Assembly: GCF_054482525.1 (NCBI RefSeq)
Contig: NZ_CM137006.1
Direction: 5' to 3' (one strand)
Length of the DNA: 64,000 nt
In this document: piece after piece, positions 1 to 11,700 of the stretch
How the letters are laid out: the number at the start of each line of letters is the position of its first letter
How positions within the stretch are numbered: the stretch's first letter is position 1
Position numbers and translations under genes: made by a program
Notes under the pieces: model-generated
What the model was told of the DNA's origin: nothing
Seen by the model: only the letters and a program-made list of their open reading frames with translations
The model's database searches: none

Positions 1-552
1 ACATTAAACACACAGGGGACCGCTCATTCTGGCGCTACTACTAGTTTGTGGGGTAACTCTACCCGTCCGGTTGTATATGAAGTTGGTGCTGATGGTGGCG
101 CGTATATGTTCTATGCGCAGAAAAATACCGATAACACCTATATGTTAAGCGTTAATGGTGCATGTCATGCCACCGCATTTAACCAGCATTCCGACCGGGA
201 TCTGAAAGACAACATTCAGGTGATCGATAATGCAACCGACCGCATCCGTAAAATGAACGGCTATACATACACGCTTAAAGAAAACGGTATGCCCTATGCA
301 GGTGTCATTGCACAGGAAGCTCTGGAAGCAATCCCAGAAGTTGTAGGTTCCGCAATGAAATATCAGGACGGTGCAAGCGGATCGGAAGGTGAAGAAGGTG
401 AACGTTATTACACAGTAGATTATTCTGGTGTTACTGGCTTGCTTGTTCAGGTAGCCAGAGAGTCAGACGACAGAATAACAGTACTGGAAGAAGAAAACGC
501 AGAATTAAGGCAAAGATTATCTGCAATTGAGGCGACGCTTGCGTCTAAATAA
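1..552 (+). CDS. Phage tail fibre/tailspike protein, C-terminal fragment with S74-type intramolecular chaperone domain; 5' end lies outside the window
   Basis: Frame is open from nt 1 (ORF track starts at TTG 46). Translation has an SDRDLKDNI motif (Ser-Lys dyad as in self-cleaving tail-fibre chaperone domains) followed by a C-terminal coiled-coil-like LEEENAELRQRLSAIEATL. Confidence 0.6.
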   Translation, partial: TLNTQGTAHSGATTSLWGNSTRPVVYEVGADGGAYMFYAQKNTDNTYMLSVNGACHATAFNQHSDRDLKDNIQVIDNATDRIRKMNGYTYTLKENGMPYAGVIAQEALEAIPEVVGSAMKYQDGASGSEGEEGERYYTVDYSGVTGLLVQVARESDDRITVLEEENAELRQRLSAIEATLASK

Positions 553-563
553 TATTAAGGGCT

Positions 564-881
564 ATGCGCCCCGTTTTATTGGGTAGGATGAAAATGGATA
601 TAACACCTTTTCTTCATGCGCTTTGTGCTGTGGCTGCGCAGGTACTGGTTGGTTTTTTTACCGGAAACTGGGCTTACGGGGCGATAGCCGGTTGTACATT
701 CTTCATTGCGCGGGAACACACCCAGGCAGAATATCGCTGGATTGAAATGTTCGGGCATGGCAAGCGGATTAACATGCCGTGGTGGGGCGGTTTTGATCCA
801 CGTGCATGGGATGTGGCAAGCCTGATGGATTTTGCTGTGCCGGTGGTGGCGTGTCTGCTGATCTGGATGTTGATCCGTTAA
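564..881 (+). CDS. Small hydrophobic membrane protein at the prophage end (possible moron); function unknown
   Basis: 105-aa ORF directly after the tail-fibre fragment with about three hydrophobic segments; alternative ATG starts at 588 and 594, the latter with an AGGA Shine-Dalgarno. No family recognised. Confidence 0.4.
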   Translation: MRPVLLGRMKMDITPFLHALCAVAAQVLVGFFTGNWAYGAIAGCTFFIAREHTQAEYRWIEMFGHGKRINMPWWGGFDPRAWDVASLMDFAVPVVACLLIWMLIR

Positions 882-1229
882 ATATAAAAAGTAAAAAGCC
901 GCAGTAACTTGTCATGATAGGATACTGCGGCTGGCTGGTTAACTTTCGATAGTGCGAGTATTGAATGATTTCCAGCCGTTACCGATTTTATATAACTGCA
1001 GTGGAATTATTCAACACACAGGCAAAACGGAATAAGCTGAGAAAAAAGCGTGCTTACCCAATCTGGGGTAAATCACGTCTGAATGACACCTGAAAACAGG
1101 TGGTGGCCTCAAGAAGGCTTGGAATATTCTTCTTTAATGTTATGTAATTTATTGATTTTTCGTGTACGATTTTAAGACATTTATTCCAAGAAAAATTTTT
1201 AACTCTTTGATTTTTCGACTCTGTATCAT

Positions 1230-1291
1230 CGGTCTCGAAAACCGGAGTAGGGGCAACTCTACCGGGGGTTCAAATCCCCCTCTCTCCGCCA
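1230..1291 (+). repeat. 3' 61 nt of tRNA-Ser(CGA) (serU-like) without the 5' half; probable prophage attR core
   Basis: Sequence GGTCTCGAAAACCGGAGTAGGGGCAACTCTACCGGGGGTTCAAATCCCCCTCTCTCCGCCA matches the anticodon-loop to CCA end of a class II tRNA-Ser; upstream bases cannot form an acceptor or D arm. Confidence 0.6.
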
Positions 1292-1839
1292 CTTTATCAA
1301 TGACTTATCTCCCGACTTCCCGCCTTGCTTTTCCTAAACAGAACAATCGTAGAATATTCTTGAAGGGTTAGATCGTCACTGTTTTCTGTTCGATACTGTG
1401 ACATTCAGCACTTGATTCGCTATGGATCTGACAGGAAGGTCTCGAGCGAAAATCTGCAGTTATTCAGTCGTTTTCTTATCGGTCACCATTATTCTTTTAG
1501 ACATTGATCCTACGAAGCTGCCGCAAAGTTGGTGGTGGGAACTGAATTTGCGTAGAGAAGGGGTCAATAATTGAGCCAAAAAAGGAACGCGGCCGTCAGA
1601 TTAAAGCCGCGGGACAAAGTCCATAATTTCCAAGAGTTGTTGAATTTCCCAGCTTTTTTGAAAGCCTTTGTATCATACTAACAAGTAAAAAAGGTTTAAA
1701 TACCAAAATTAACCTATATTTCTGGTTAGCTTTACCATGACAGATGACTTGCTCCTGGAGACATTGGCGCAGCCAGTCTGTATTGGTGAGTTGTGTATTT
1801 ATTGTTCGCCGTTTTCTCAGTTTTTTTCTACAGACATAA

Positions 1840-1872
1840 TAAAAAAGACACGTCTCAAGCATGAGCGTGTCT
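1840..1872 (-). terminator. Rho-independent terminator downstream of zinT
   Basis: 7-bp stem AGACACG/CGTGTCT with an A-run on the plus strand (T-run on the minus strand) just 3' of the zinT stop. Confidence 0.45.
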
Positions 1873-1960
1873 GAGTTTGTCTTATTTATTTGTCTTGGTA
1901 AATTATTGTCGTTACTACCAGGCACTGTTCTGTTAAATAATTGAAGTCAGCGCAAAAAAA

Positions 1961-2611
1961 TCAATGAGACATCATTTCCTCGACCACTTCTTCGCTACTC
2001 AACTGATATGGATAATACGTTGGCCAGTTTTCCATTTCATTTAATAAAGATTGCTGTGAATCATTACCCATAAAAATGTGAAAATGAGATGATTTTCGTG
2101 GTGCAATTATATGATCGCTAAATTGTATATATTTAGGGGCTTTGCTTTTAGGATCTTTACATTCGAATAAGTAACGAACGCCTTTCTTGCCTGATTTATA
2201 GGTGAGTATTTTGTATCCATCGTAATCATATTTACAGGATGTTGTTTCATTATTTCTATGGAATTCAACAATGCCGTCCTCAATGCCAATCATCTCGATA
2301 TCTGTCACATAACCTTTGCGATAATAATCTTTAATTTCAGCAAATGTTTTAGTTTTATCTGCATCCGCTTTCTTCTGAAAGACGGGGTCAAGTTTGCCAC
2401 TTTGCAGTAAAGGATAAACGGATTGCCAGACTCCATCCCAGTCACTGAGCGTTCGGTTTTGTACATTGGCATCATCAAAAACACCATTAGCAGCTTTTTG
2501 TTCGACCTCTGTTAAGGGTTTGCCGTGTGAGTGATGACCATGCGAAAAGGCAGGAGCGCTAACAATAAAGACACCTAAAGCAACAGCCAGTTTATGAAGA
2601 CGAATCGCCAA
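1961..2611 (-). CDS. zinT: Zinc/cadmium-binding periplasmic protein ZinT
   Basis: 216-aa ORF with signal peptide and His-rich HGHHSHG motif; matches ZinT (YodA). Confidence 0.93.
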   Translation of the reverse strand: MAIRLHKLAVALGVFIVSAPAFSHGHHSHGKPLTEVEQKAANGVFDDANVQNRTLSDWDGVWQSVYPLLQSGKLDPVFQKKADADKTKTFAEIKDYYRKGYVTDIEMIGIEDGIVEFHRNNETTSCKYDYDGYKILTYKSGKKGVRYLFECKDPKSKAPKYIQFSDHIIAPRKSSHFHIFMGNDSQQSLLNEMENWPTYYPYQLSSEEVVEEMMSH

Positions 2612-2642
2612 AACAGTTTCCTCCAGAGTTAATGTATATGAT

Positions 2643-2666
2643 GTGTAATGTTATATTGTAACACAT
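2643..2666 (-). promoter_or_regulatory. Putative Zur box in the zinT promoter
   Basis: AT-rich near-palindrome TGTAATGTTATATTGTAACACA about 35 bp upstream of the zinT start; zinT is a known Zur target. Confidence 0.35.
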
Positions 2667-2819
2667 AAAAAAATGCAACAACTCTTAGGAGACAAGAGAA
2701 TAGTTCTCTCAGGTGTGCTTATCTATCTTATTGAAATAAAATAAATTATGTCGATGATTTGAGGTTGATGACAAACGAAACATAACCTAATGCGATCTGT
2801 GTATGCCGGATAAGGCGCT

Positions 2820-3574
<755 letters not shown>

Positions 3575-3678
3575 ATCAGCATACTTGTCCTTAGCCTTCT
3601 GCAGTGACAGCTGGTAGTACAGCGTGCTTCTGGCCAGCCCTGCAGCCTTTAACAGGTCAGACTGGCAGTGTCCGCACC

Positions 3679-4209
3679 TCAGGCTCCGGATGACTTTCGT
3701 TTTTTCTCCAGCTCCTGGCGCTTTTTTTCCAGGAGATGCTCCTGCATGGCTTTCAGATATGCATTTTCTGCGCGAAGATAACGCAGCTCATTCTTCATCT
3801 CTTCCGGCGTCATGTTTGCCTCGTTTTCATGGGTATCATCAGAACGGGTCATGCTTTTCTCCTTCCTGCGCCTGATAAAGGCCTCATTACCAGATTTGCG
3901 GTAGCCTTTTATCCAGTTTTTAACCGTGTTGTGGCTGGGAATGTTAAACCGGGCAGCTACCCGGGGTAGAGACTCAGAATGCCCGAGAGCATAAAGAACC
4001 ACGCAAAGTTTATCTTCAGGAGAATAGCTACGCTTGTGTCTGCAATCCAGTGCCCGAGGACCGTGAAGAAGAAAAAGATTAATCCAGTGTGAGAGGCTGG
4101 TGTGAGAAAGTTGAAAGAGTTTTGCCGTAGAAATGATGCCTGCATGACCAGCCAGGTAATGATTTACAGCGGCAAGTTTTACTTCAAATGAATGTTTCAT
4201 AAACTGCAC
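3679..4209 (-). CDS. IS3-family transposase OrfA (helix-turn-helix DNA-binding subunit)
   Basis: 176-aa ORF with a basic, leucine-zipper-like C-terminus; slippery heptamer A AAA AAG at plus 3721-3728 in the 0 frame. Confidence 0.85.
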   Translation of the reverse strand: MQFMKHSFEVKLAAVNHYLAGHAGIISTAKLFQLSHTSLSHWINLFLLHGPRALDCRHKRSYSPEDKLCVVLYALGHSESLPRVAARFNIPSHNTVKNWIKGYRKSGNEAFIRRRKEKSMTRSDDTHENEANMTPEEMKNELRYLRAENAYLKAMQEHLLEKKRQELEKKRKSSGA

Positions 4210-4302
4210 CTTCAGATGTCAGATTATGTCCAACATTTGGGGTGCAGTTCAGCTCGCGCCGCATCCGGCAGGGATAACGCGTACTTTGTCGGCAATATGA
4301 AG

Positions 4303-4938
4303 TTATAGAGATAATTTGTTGTGAACCTGCTTGCGTAACCGGTTGAAAAGGGAAAGCAACTTCTTATACCGTAAGGCTAAAAGCAGTACCGCCAGCCCAG
4401 CGTAGATGAGTGGCTGCGGTGAAATAATCTTCACTGACCACAGATAATGTATTGGGGCCAGGATCACGACAAGATAGACGAAGTTATGCAACTGTTGCCA
4501 GTGTTTGCCGAGTTTTCGCTGCATCGCCTGGGTTGAAGTGAACGCTAAAGCAAGCAAAATAACCCAGCTGATAATTCCTAACGTTAAATAAGGCCGGGTA
4601 ATTAACTCCTTGCCTAATAACGCCAGATTATTCACGCCCAGCTCCAGTAATGCGTAACTGGTTAAATGCAGTGTCGCCCAGGCAAAGCACCATAAGCCTA
4701 ACAGGCGGCGAGTGCGTATCAATAACGGCTGTTTTGCGTAGCGTGCCAGAGGTGTGATTAACAAGGCCGCCAGCAAAAATTTCAGTGCAGTGCGACCAGT
4801 AAAATGCTGAATATCTTTCACCGGATCGGCACCCAATCCACCGTGATTAATCGCCCAGACCAGCCAGAGAAACGGCAACAATCCGGCAAGATGCAGGCAA
4901 ACTTTCAGCCATGTCACCTGTTTTGCTGTCAGACGCAT
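4303..4938 (-). CDS. msrQ: Methionine sulfoxide reductase haem-binding membrane subunit MsrQ
   Basis: 211-aa polytopic membrane ORF matching MsrQ (YedZ); translationally coupled to msrP. Confidence 0.93.
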   Translation of the reverse strand: MRLTAKQVTWLKVCLHLAGLLPFLWLVWAINHGGLGADPVKDIQHFTGRTALKFLLAALLITPLARYAKQPLLIRTRRLLGLWCFAWATLHLTSYALLELGVNNLALLGKELITRPYLTLGIISWVILLALAFTSTQAMQRKLGKHWQQLHNFVYLVVILAPIHYLWSVKIISPQPLIYAGLAVLLLALRYKKLLSLFNRLRKQVHNKLSL

Positions 4939-5949
<1,011 letters not shown>

Positions 5950-6051
5950 TCACACTTTTTTGTCTTTAGCCAGCAAGAGCCGTTTACTGTTAATCTGTCA
6001 GGGAGTGTCCTCCCTAACAGTAGCAGAGATCTGCTTTTACATATTTATGCA

Positions 6052-6465
6052 TTAACTGCCACGATAGGTTGAATACCCATATTGGCTAAGTAATAAAGGC
6101 ACATGATAATGCTCGTTCACTTTATTAATATGAAATTCAACGGGGATCTCAGGGAAGAGACTTTCAAGATTTTGTTTCTTGAAATAGTCCCCGGTTTTAA
6201 ATACGACACGGTAATCGCCCGTAGTTGCAGTTTGCTCGGGCCACAGTGCCTTAATTCGTCCATCCTTATCTGTTTTGGCGGTATTAAGTTGTAACCAGCC
6301 GTTATCCGCTTTCTTTTCAAGAGTGACTGTCACGTCGGCAGCGGGTTTTCCTGTTTGCTGGTTCAAAATATGCACGCTAAGAATGTTTTGTTGTGCAGCA
6401 TAGACCAAAGAAGGTAATGAAAATGCAGCCGTTACTACGGAGAGTACTAAATAACGCTTTAACAT
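6052..6465 (-). CDS. hiuH: 5-hydroxyisourate hydrolase (transthyretin-like periplasmic protein)
   Basis: 137-aa ORF with signal peptide and C-terminal YRGS signature. Confidence 0.92.
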   Translation of the reverse strand: MLKRYLVLSVVTAAFSLPSLVYAAQQNILSVHILNQQTGKPAADVTVTLEKKADNGWLQLNTAKTDKDGRIKALWPEQTATTGDYRVVFKTGDYFKKQNLESLFPEIPVEFHINKVNEHYHVPLLLSQYGYSTYRGS

Positions 6466-6534
6466 GTTTATATCCTTGTCATGTGAATGAGTTTTGAGGA
6501 TAGCGAAAAAGCGTCCAGGGTAACCTTACAGAAG

Positions 6535-6552
6535 CATTACAATTTTGTAATG
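6535..6552. promoter_or_regulatory. HprR/CusR-type response-regulator box in the hiuH-hprR divergent intergenic region
   Basis: Palindrome CATTACAATTTTGTAATG between hiuH and hprR. Confidence 0.5.
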
Positions 6553-6597
6553 AACCAGGCTGTTTCTATAACATATGATTTATGGCATATTATTTTC

Positions 6598-7269
6598 ATG
6601 AAGATTCTACTTATTGAAGATAATCAAAGGACCCAGGAATGGGTAACGCAGGGGCTTTCAGAAGCGGGTTATGTCATTGATGCCGTTACTGATGGCAGAG
6701 ACGGGCTTTATCTTGCGCTGAAGGATGATTATGCATTGATCATTCTGGATATTATGCTTCCGGGTATGGATGGCTGGCAGATCTTACAAACGTTAAGAAC
6801 GGCAAAGCAAACTCCTGTTATTTGCCTTACTGCAAGAGATTCTGTCGATGACAGAGTCAGAGGGCTGGACAGTGGGGCAAATGATTATCTGGTAAAACCT
6901 TTTTCATTTTCTGAGTTGCTGGCAAGGGTTCGGGCACAATTAAGGCAACATTACGCTTTGAATTCAACATTAGAAATCAGCGGCTTAAGAATGGACTCTG
7001 TTAGTCAAAGTGTGAGCAGGGACAATATCAGTATTACACTGACGCGCAAGGAGTTTCAGTTACTTTGGCTACTGGCCTCCAGAGCTGGCGAAATTATACC
7101 CAGAACGGTTATTGCGAGTGAAATTTGGGGAATCAACTTTGATAGTGATACCAATACGGTGGATGTCGCCATTCGCAGGCTCCGCGCAAAAGTTGATGAT
7201 CCTTTTCCTGAAAAGCTAATCGCCACAATCCGGGGGATGGGCTATTCATTCGTAGCGGTAAAAAAATAA
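6598..7269 (+). CDS. hprR: OmpR-family response regulator HprR
   Basis: Receiver domain (MKILLIEDN...D...) plus winged-helix output domain; start taken at the internal ATG giving 223 aa (ORF track begins at 6487). Confidence 0.9.
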   Translation: MKILLIEDNQRTQEWVTQGLSEAGYVIDAVTDGRDGLYLALKDDYALIILDIMLPGMDGWQILQTLRTAKQTPVICLTARDSVDDRVRGLDSGANDYLVKPFSFSELLARVRAQLRQHYALNSTLEISGLRMDSVSQSVSRDNISITLTRKEFQLLWLLASRAGEIIPRTVIASEIWGINFDSDTNTVDVAIRRLRAKVDDPFPEKLIATIRGMGYSFVAVKK

Positions 7270-8627
7270 TGAAAAGATTATCTATAACCGTCCGTTTAAC
7301 CTTGCTTTTTATATTGCTGCTGTCTGTTGCTGGCGCTGGAATTGTATGGACTCTCTATAATGGCCTGGCAAGTGAGTTGAAATGGCGCGATGATACAACA
7401 CTCATTAACCGGACAGCGCAGATCAAGCAGTTGTTAATTGATGGGGTAAATCCAGATACGTTACCTGTGTACTTTAACCGGATGATGGATGTTAGTCAGG
7501 ATATCTTGATCATTCATGGTGATAGCATCAACAAAATTGTTAACCGGACGAATGTCAGTGATGACATGTTAAATAACATACCTGCTACTGAGACAATCAG
7601 CGCAGCTGGCATTTACAGAAGCATTATTAATGATACAGAGATAGATGCTTTACGAATTAATATTGATGAAGTTTCGCCATCATTAACGGTTACTGTGGCT
7701 AAATTGGCTTCAGCCAGACATAACATGCTTGAACAGTATAAAATTAATAGCATTATAATTTGCATTGTCGCCATTATACTTTGCTCAGTATTAAGTCCGT
7801 TGTTAATCAGAACGGGGTTACGAGAGATCAAAAAGTTGAGTGGTGTAACGGAAGCGCTGAATTATAACGATAACCGGGAGCCTGTTGAGGTTAGCGCATT
7901 ACCGAGAGAACTAAAACCTCTTGGGCAGGCGTTGAATAAAATGCACCAAGCCTTAGTCAAAGATTTTGAACGCCTAAGTCAATTTGCTGACGATCTCGCT
8001 CATGAACTTAGAACACCAATTAATGCATTACTGGGTCAGAATCAGGTTACGCTCAGTCAAACCAGAAGTATCGCTGAATATCAAAAAACAATTGCCGGAA
8101 ACATTGAAGAGCTGGAAAATATTTCGCGGTTAACAGAGAACATACTGTTTCTTGCCAGGGCAGATAAAAACAATGTTTTGGTGAAACTGGATTCGCTTTC
8201 TCTCAATAAGGAAGTCGAAAATTTGTTGGACTATCTTGAATACCTTTCAGACGAGAAAGAGATTTACTTTAAGGTCGAGTGCAATCAGCAAATTTTTGCG
8301 GATAAAATTTTACTGCAACGAATGTTATCGAATCTTATTGTTAACGCTATTCGATATTCACCAGAAAAATCGCGCATTCAGATAACCAGTTTTCTTGATA
8401 CCAACGGTTCTCTTAATATTGATATCGCCAGTCCTGGAACGAAAATTCATGAGCCTGAAAAACTCTTCCGTAGATTTTGGCGGGGAGATAATTCGCGTCA
8501 TTCCGTAGGTCAGGGACTTGGTCTTTCTTTAGTCAAAGCGATTGCCGAATTGCATGGGGGAAGTGCTACGTATCACTATCTCAATAAGCATAATGTGTTC
8601 CGGATTACGTTACCGCAAAGAAATTAA
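7269..8627 (+). CDS. hprS: Sensor histidine kinase HprS
   Basis: 452-aa ORF with two transmembrane segments, H-box (LAHELRTPIN) and ATPase motifs; start overlaps the hprR stop. Confidence 0.92.
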   Translation: MKRLSITVRLTLLFILLLSVAGAGIVWTLYNGLASELKWRDDTTLINRTAQIKQLLIDGVNPDTLPVYFNRMMDVSQDILIIHGDSINKIVNRTNVSDDMLNNIPATETISAAGIYRSIINDTEIDALRINIDEVSPSLTVTVAKLASARHNMLEQYKINSIIICIVAIILCSVLSPLLIRTGLREIKKLSGVTEALNYNDNREPVEVSALPRELKPLGQALNKMHQALVKDFERLSQFADDLAHELRTPINALLGQNQVTLSQTRSIAEYQKTIAGNIEELENISRLTENILFLARADKNNVLVKLDSLSLNKEVENLLDYLEYLSDEKEIYFKVECNQQIFADKILLQRMLSNLIVNAIRYSPEKSRIQITSFLDTNGSLNIDIASPGTKIHEPEKLFRRFWRGDNSRHSVGQGLGLSLVKAIAELHGGSATYHYLNKHNVFRITLPQRN

Positions 8628-8660
8628 CATAGGGCTTCAGTACGCCATAAATTAACCGTG

Positions 8661-8698
8661 AAAAACGCAGCCACGTCGTGAGTACTAACGCGGCTGCG
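8661..8698 (-). terminator. Hairpin between the convergent hprS and hchA genes (likely hchA terminator)
   Basis: Stem CGCAGCC/GGCTGCG with a minus-strand T-run. Confidence 0.35.
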
Positions 8699-8733
8699 AT
8701 TGATTATGTGCTTACATTCAAACGTAACAGGGA

Positions 8734-9585
8734 TTAACCCGCGTAAGCTGCCAGCATTTCCTGCGCCGCCAGTTTACCCAACGCATTCGCTGCGAAAGGA
8801 CTGTCGCCGGTGAGAACTTTACGGTCCTTATGTACTCGCCCGGTGATGTCGTCATTAATAATGTTCATGCCCATTTTCTTCAGCTCTTCGCCGAAGTACC
8901 AGGTGAGATGACCCGGCATATAGCCTATCTCTGGCGTTTGTTTGTCTGCGGCGTCTGGGAATGCGCAAATGGAATAACCATTCAGTGGGTTATCGCCGTG
9001 GCGAAGCGCCAGAAATGCCGCCGGGCCGTGGCAAAGGGAGATAACAAAACGGTCATTTTTGATTGCCCACTGTAAAGCGGCAGCCACGTTCTGGCTTTCT
9101 GGTAAACCAATAAGTGCGCCATGACCACCAGGAACAAAGATTGCTGCATATTCGCTGTCAGCGTTGAGGCTGGCGACAACATCCGCGAGTTTCTTCGGAT
9201 TGCGGAACAACGATTTATGCTGCTCAAAGAATGGCATTACTTTTTCATCTTTGTGCGGCATAGCCCAGTATTCAAACTTGGTCATCAGACCGGAAATGGT
9301 CGCCACTTCGAATTCGAAACCTGCAGCGTGGAGATGATACAACGGCAGCAACGTTTCAATCGGATGGTTACCGGTCGAGAACAGTTTTCCGTTATCGGTC
9401 GGCAAATAACGTTCGTCCGCGGCGATCACCAGAATTTTATGTTTACCGCGATACGGTTTTGGATAGTCCACGCCATCAAGATCAGAGACAGGACTGGTAT
9501 ATTGGCTAAGCGAATATTCTGAAGGGAAGAATGCATTATCTTCAGCAATATCGACCTGCGGATTTTTACTTGTTTGAACAGTCAT
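8734..9585 (-). CDS. hchA: Hsp31 chaperone / glyoxalase III (DJ-1/PfpI family)
   Basis: 283-aa ORF matching HchA. Confidence 0.95.
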   Translation of the reverse strand: MTVQTSKNPQVDIAEDNAFFPSEYSLSQYTSPVSDLDGVDYPKPYRGKHKILVIAADERYLPTDNGKLFSTGNHPIETLLPLYHLHAAGFEFEVATISGLMTKFEYWAMPHKDEKVMPFFEQHKSLFRNPKKLADVVASLNADSEYAAIFVPGGHGALIGLPESQNVAAALQWAIKNDRFVISLCHGPAAFLALRHGDNPLNGYSICAFPDAADKQTPEIGYMPGHLTWYFGEELKKMGMNIINDDITGRVHKDRKVLTGDSPFAANALGKLAAQEMLAAYAG

Positions 9586-10096
9586 AGTGTATTCCTTATT
9601 GTTGCTTAGTTAGGGTAGTCACTATATTTGCGACTGAGCTGGTCGTTATTTTTACCCAGTCTGGAAAATTGAGTCAATATATCGAAAGCGGTAGTCGGCG
9701 GGCGTAAGTATGTAATGATGATGCTGCACTGGTGTTGAATATTATTCACGCCAAATTTTCCTTATGGAGCAACGCCGTCGCAAGTGGCCTCAATGATTTT
9801 AGACCATTATCAGAGGTCCGGGGCGGCAGGGAGAGATTTAATGTTGTGGAATATTGTGGTGCTGATGAATATTTATATCGCGGATTGGTAGAGAAAAAGC
9901 TTTTTTCATGCACTATTTTTGCAAATATTTCTATATGGACGGCGGTTTTGTTGCGGATTAATTCATAAAGAAATGCATTTGGGTGTTGGCTGGAAGAGAC
10001 GCTGGTAGATTTTATTGAGCCAGGAGGGGCGGGGTAATGTGCTGTATCGATATGCTTTGGCAATTGCGTGTGCCGCAGATGGAGATGAAATGCCAA

Positions 10097-10134
10097 TAAA
10101 AAAGCCTGAGTTCGATGAGGGACGAACTCAGGCT
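10097..10134 (-). terminator. Rho-independent terminator downstream of yedS
   Basis: 11-bp stem GCCTGAGTTCG/CGAACTCAGGC followed on the minus strand by TTTTTTATT. Confidence 0.5.
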
Positions 10135-10176
10135 ATTGTTAAGTTTTACAGTAACACGCCACGGCGCGTTGGCTGA

Positions 10177-11292
10177 TTAGAACTGGTAGACGATACCAAC
10201 TGCAAACTGGTCATCAGCTGCTGCGCCAGTAATGGCGGCGTCATCTTTATCCAGCATGTTGAATTTGTATGCAGTATAAACGTTCATGTTCTTATTGAAG
10301 TAGTACCAGGTACCAACTTCAATGTAGTTCACACGGTCAGCGTCAACATATCTATGTCCAGGTACACCTTTGATATCTTTACCTTTAGAATACACATAAC
10401 CTAAGGACGGACGCAGACCAAAGTCGAATTGATACTGAACAACCGCTTCAAAGTTCTGGGTTTCATTGATAAGTTGATCACGCATTATTGTATTGCCTTC
10501 TCGATCGGCAACACCTGTATCAATAGAACTCGGAGTCATATTACGAGTTTCACCGTACATTACAGCTGCGTAGACATTGTTCGCGTCATACTTTGCAGCC
10601 AATGACCACAGTTCAGCATTTGAACCGTTTCCATCGGCAACTTGATCGTTGGTGCGATCAGATTTGCTATATGCACCAACGATACCAAAACCATTGATGT
10701 TATAGTCTACAGACAACGCATAGCCGTCACCATTTTGTTTCTTAGTGCTACGGTTGCTGTTTTTGCCTTGGTACTGAATCGCAAAATCAAGACCATCAAC
10801 CAGACCAAAGAAATCAGAGTTACGGTAGGTTGCAACACCGTTGGTACGACCGTTCATGAAGTTGTCAGCGGACGCCCAGGAATCACCACCCCATTCAACT
10901 AACATATCGGTATAAGCTGCGGCATCATAAGCAACACCGTAGTTACGACCATAGTCGAAAGATCCTAACTCGTTATATTTCAAACCTGCGAAGGTTAAAC
11001 GGGTTTTTTCCTGATTAGAGCCTTCGGGCTTGCTGGCGTCGAGGTTGTATTCAAACTGACCAAAACCAGTCAGTTCGCTGGTGATTTGGGTTTCACCTTT
11101 AACACCGAAACGAGCATAGGAGGTATCTTCGTTTTCGCTGTTATTATCATCAGTATTTGACCAGATGCGTTCGCCAACCATCTTGCCGTAGAAATCAACT
11201 TTATTGCCATCTTTATTATAAATTTCAGCCGCATTTGCTGCGCCAGCAACTAATAACGCCGGGACCAGCATTGCCAGAACTTTTCTTTTCAT
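10177..11292 (-). CDS. yedS: Outer-membrane general porin of the OmpC/OmpF family (YedS), apparently intact
   Basis: Signal peptide [21 protein letters not shown], porin-like beta-barrel sequence, C-terminal ...VGIVYQF; start chosen at the ATG with an AAGGGA Shine-Dalgarno (ORF track begins at 11322). Confidence 0.85.
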   Translation of the reverse strand: MKRKVLAMLVPALLVAGAANAAEIYNKDGNKVDFYGKMVGERIWSNTDDNNSENEDTSYARFGVKGETQITSELTGFGQFEYNLDASKPEGSNQEKTRLTFAGLKYNELGSFDYGRNYGVAYDAAAYTDMLVEWGGDSWASADNFMNGRTNGVATYRNSDFFGLVDGLDFAIQYQGKNSNRSTKKQNGDGYALSVDYNINGFGIVGAYSKSDRTNDQVADGNGSNAELWSLAAKYDANNVYAAVMYGETRNMTPSSIDTGVADREGNTIMRDQLINETQNFEAVVQYQFDFGLRPSLGYVYSKGKDIKGVPGHRYVDADRVNYIEVGTWYYFNKNMNVYTAYKFNMLDKDDAAITGAAADDQFAVGIVYQF

Positions 11293-11602
11293 TATGTATT
11301 CCCTTGTGATTATAATCTTCATGAATATATCAATAAGTGCTGTTATCCAAAAAAAAGCACATTTGGATACTATTCTATGAAGTTCATTTTATTTTAAAGA
11401 TTACATGTAACAAATGTATTTAAAAGATTTCAAAATGTTTCCAATCTATTTAATATAATTCAGAATTATGAATTCTAAATATAAGCATTCATGAAAATTA
11501 TAAATACATATCAATATGTTATGAGTTGAGCGGAAATATAGGGGGTATCAATGATTGTTGCGCCAAACGGCTGGTGTGATCACGCGCACATTAATGAAGA
11601 CA

Positions 11603-11700
11603 TAAAAAAAGCCGGCATCATGCCGGCCCAAAAAATATAAACAAGACGATAAAAGGCTAATAACGGAAGCATCATGACACAGAATAATAAAAAGGGATAA
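11603..11700 (-). ncRNA. rseX: Candidate small RNA upstream of yedS (position expected for RseX); 5' end not determined
   Basis: Minus-strand terminator (hairpin GCCGGCATGATGCCGGC plus T-run, plus 11604-11627) in the yedR-yedS intergenic region; RseX is known from this position in K-12. Confidence 0.3.

Noticed and set aside
1200-1291. Possible complete tRNA-Ser gene
   Set aside because: Only the 3' 61 nt match; upstream bases cannot form the acceptor or D arm, so it is a partial copy.
1162-1371. 69-aa plus-strand ORF across the tRNA-Ser fragment
   Set aside because: It reads through tRNA-derived sequence and has no ribosome-binding site; artefact of the att region.
1596-1925. 109-aa minus-strand ORF between the att core and zinT
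   Set aside because: Lys/Arg-rich low-complexity translation, overlaps the zinT terminator hairpin, no family resemblance.
9732-10096. Overlapping 78-aa and 116-aa ORFs between hchA and yedS
   Set aside because: They overlap each other on opposite strands, sit in the yedS 3' flank and terminator, and have no translation signals.
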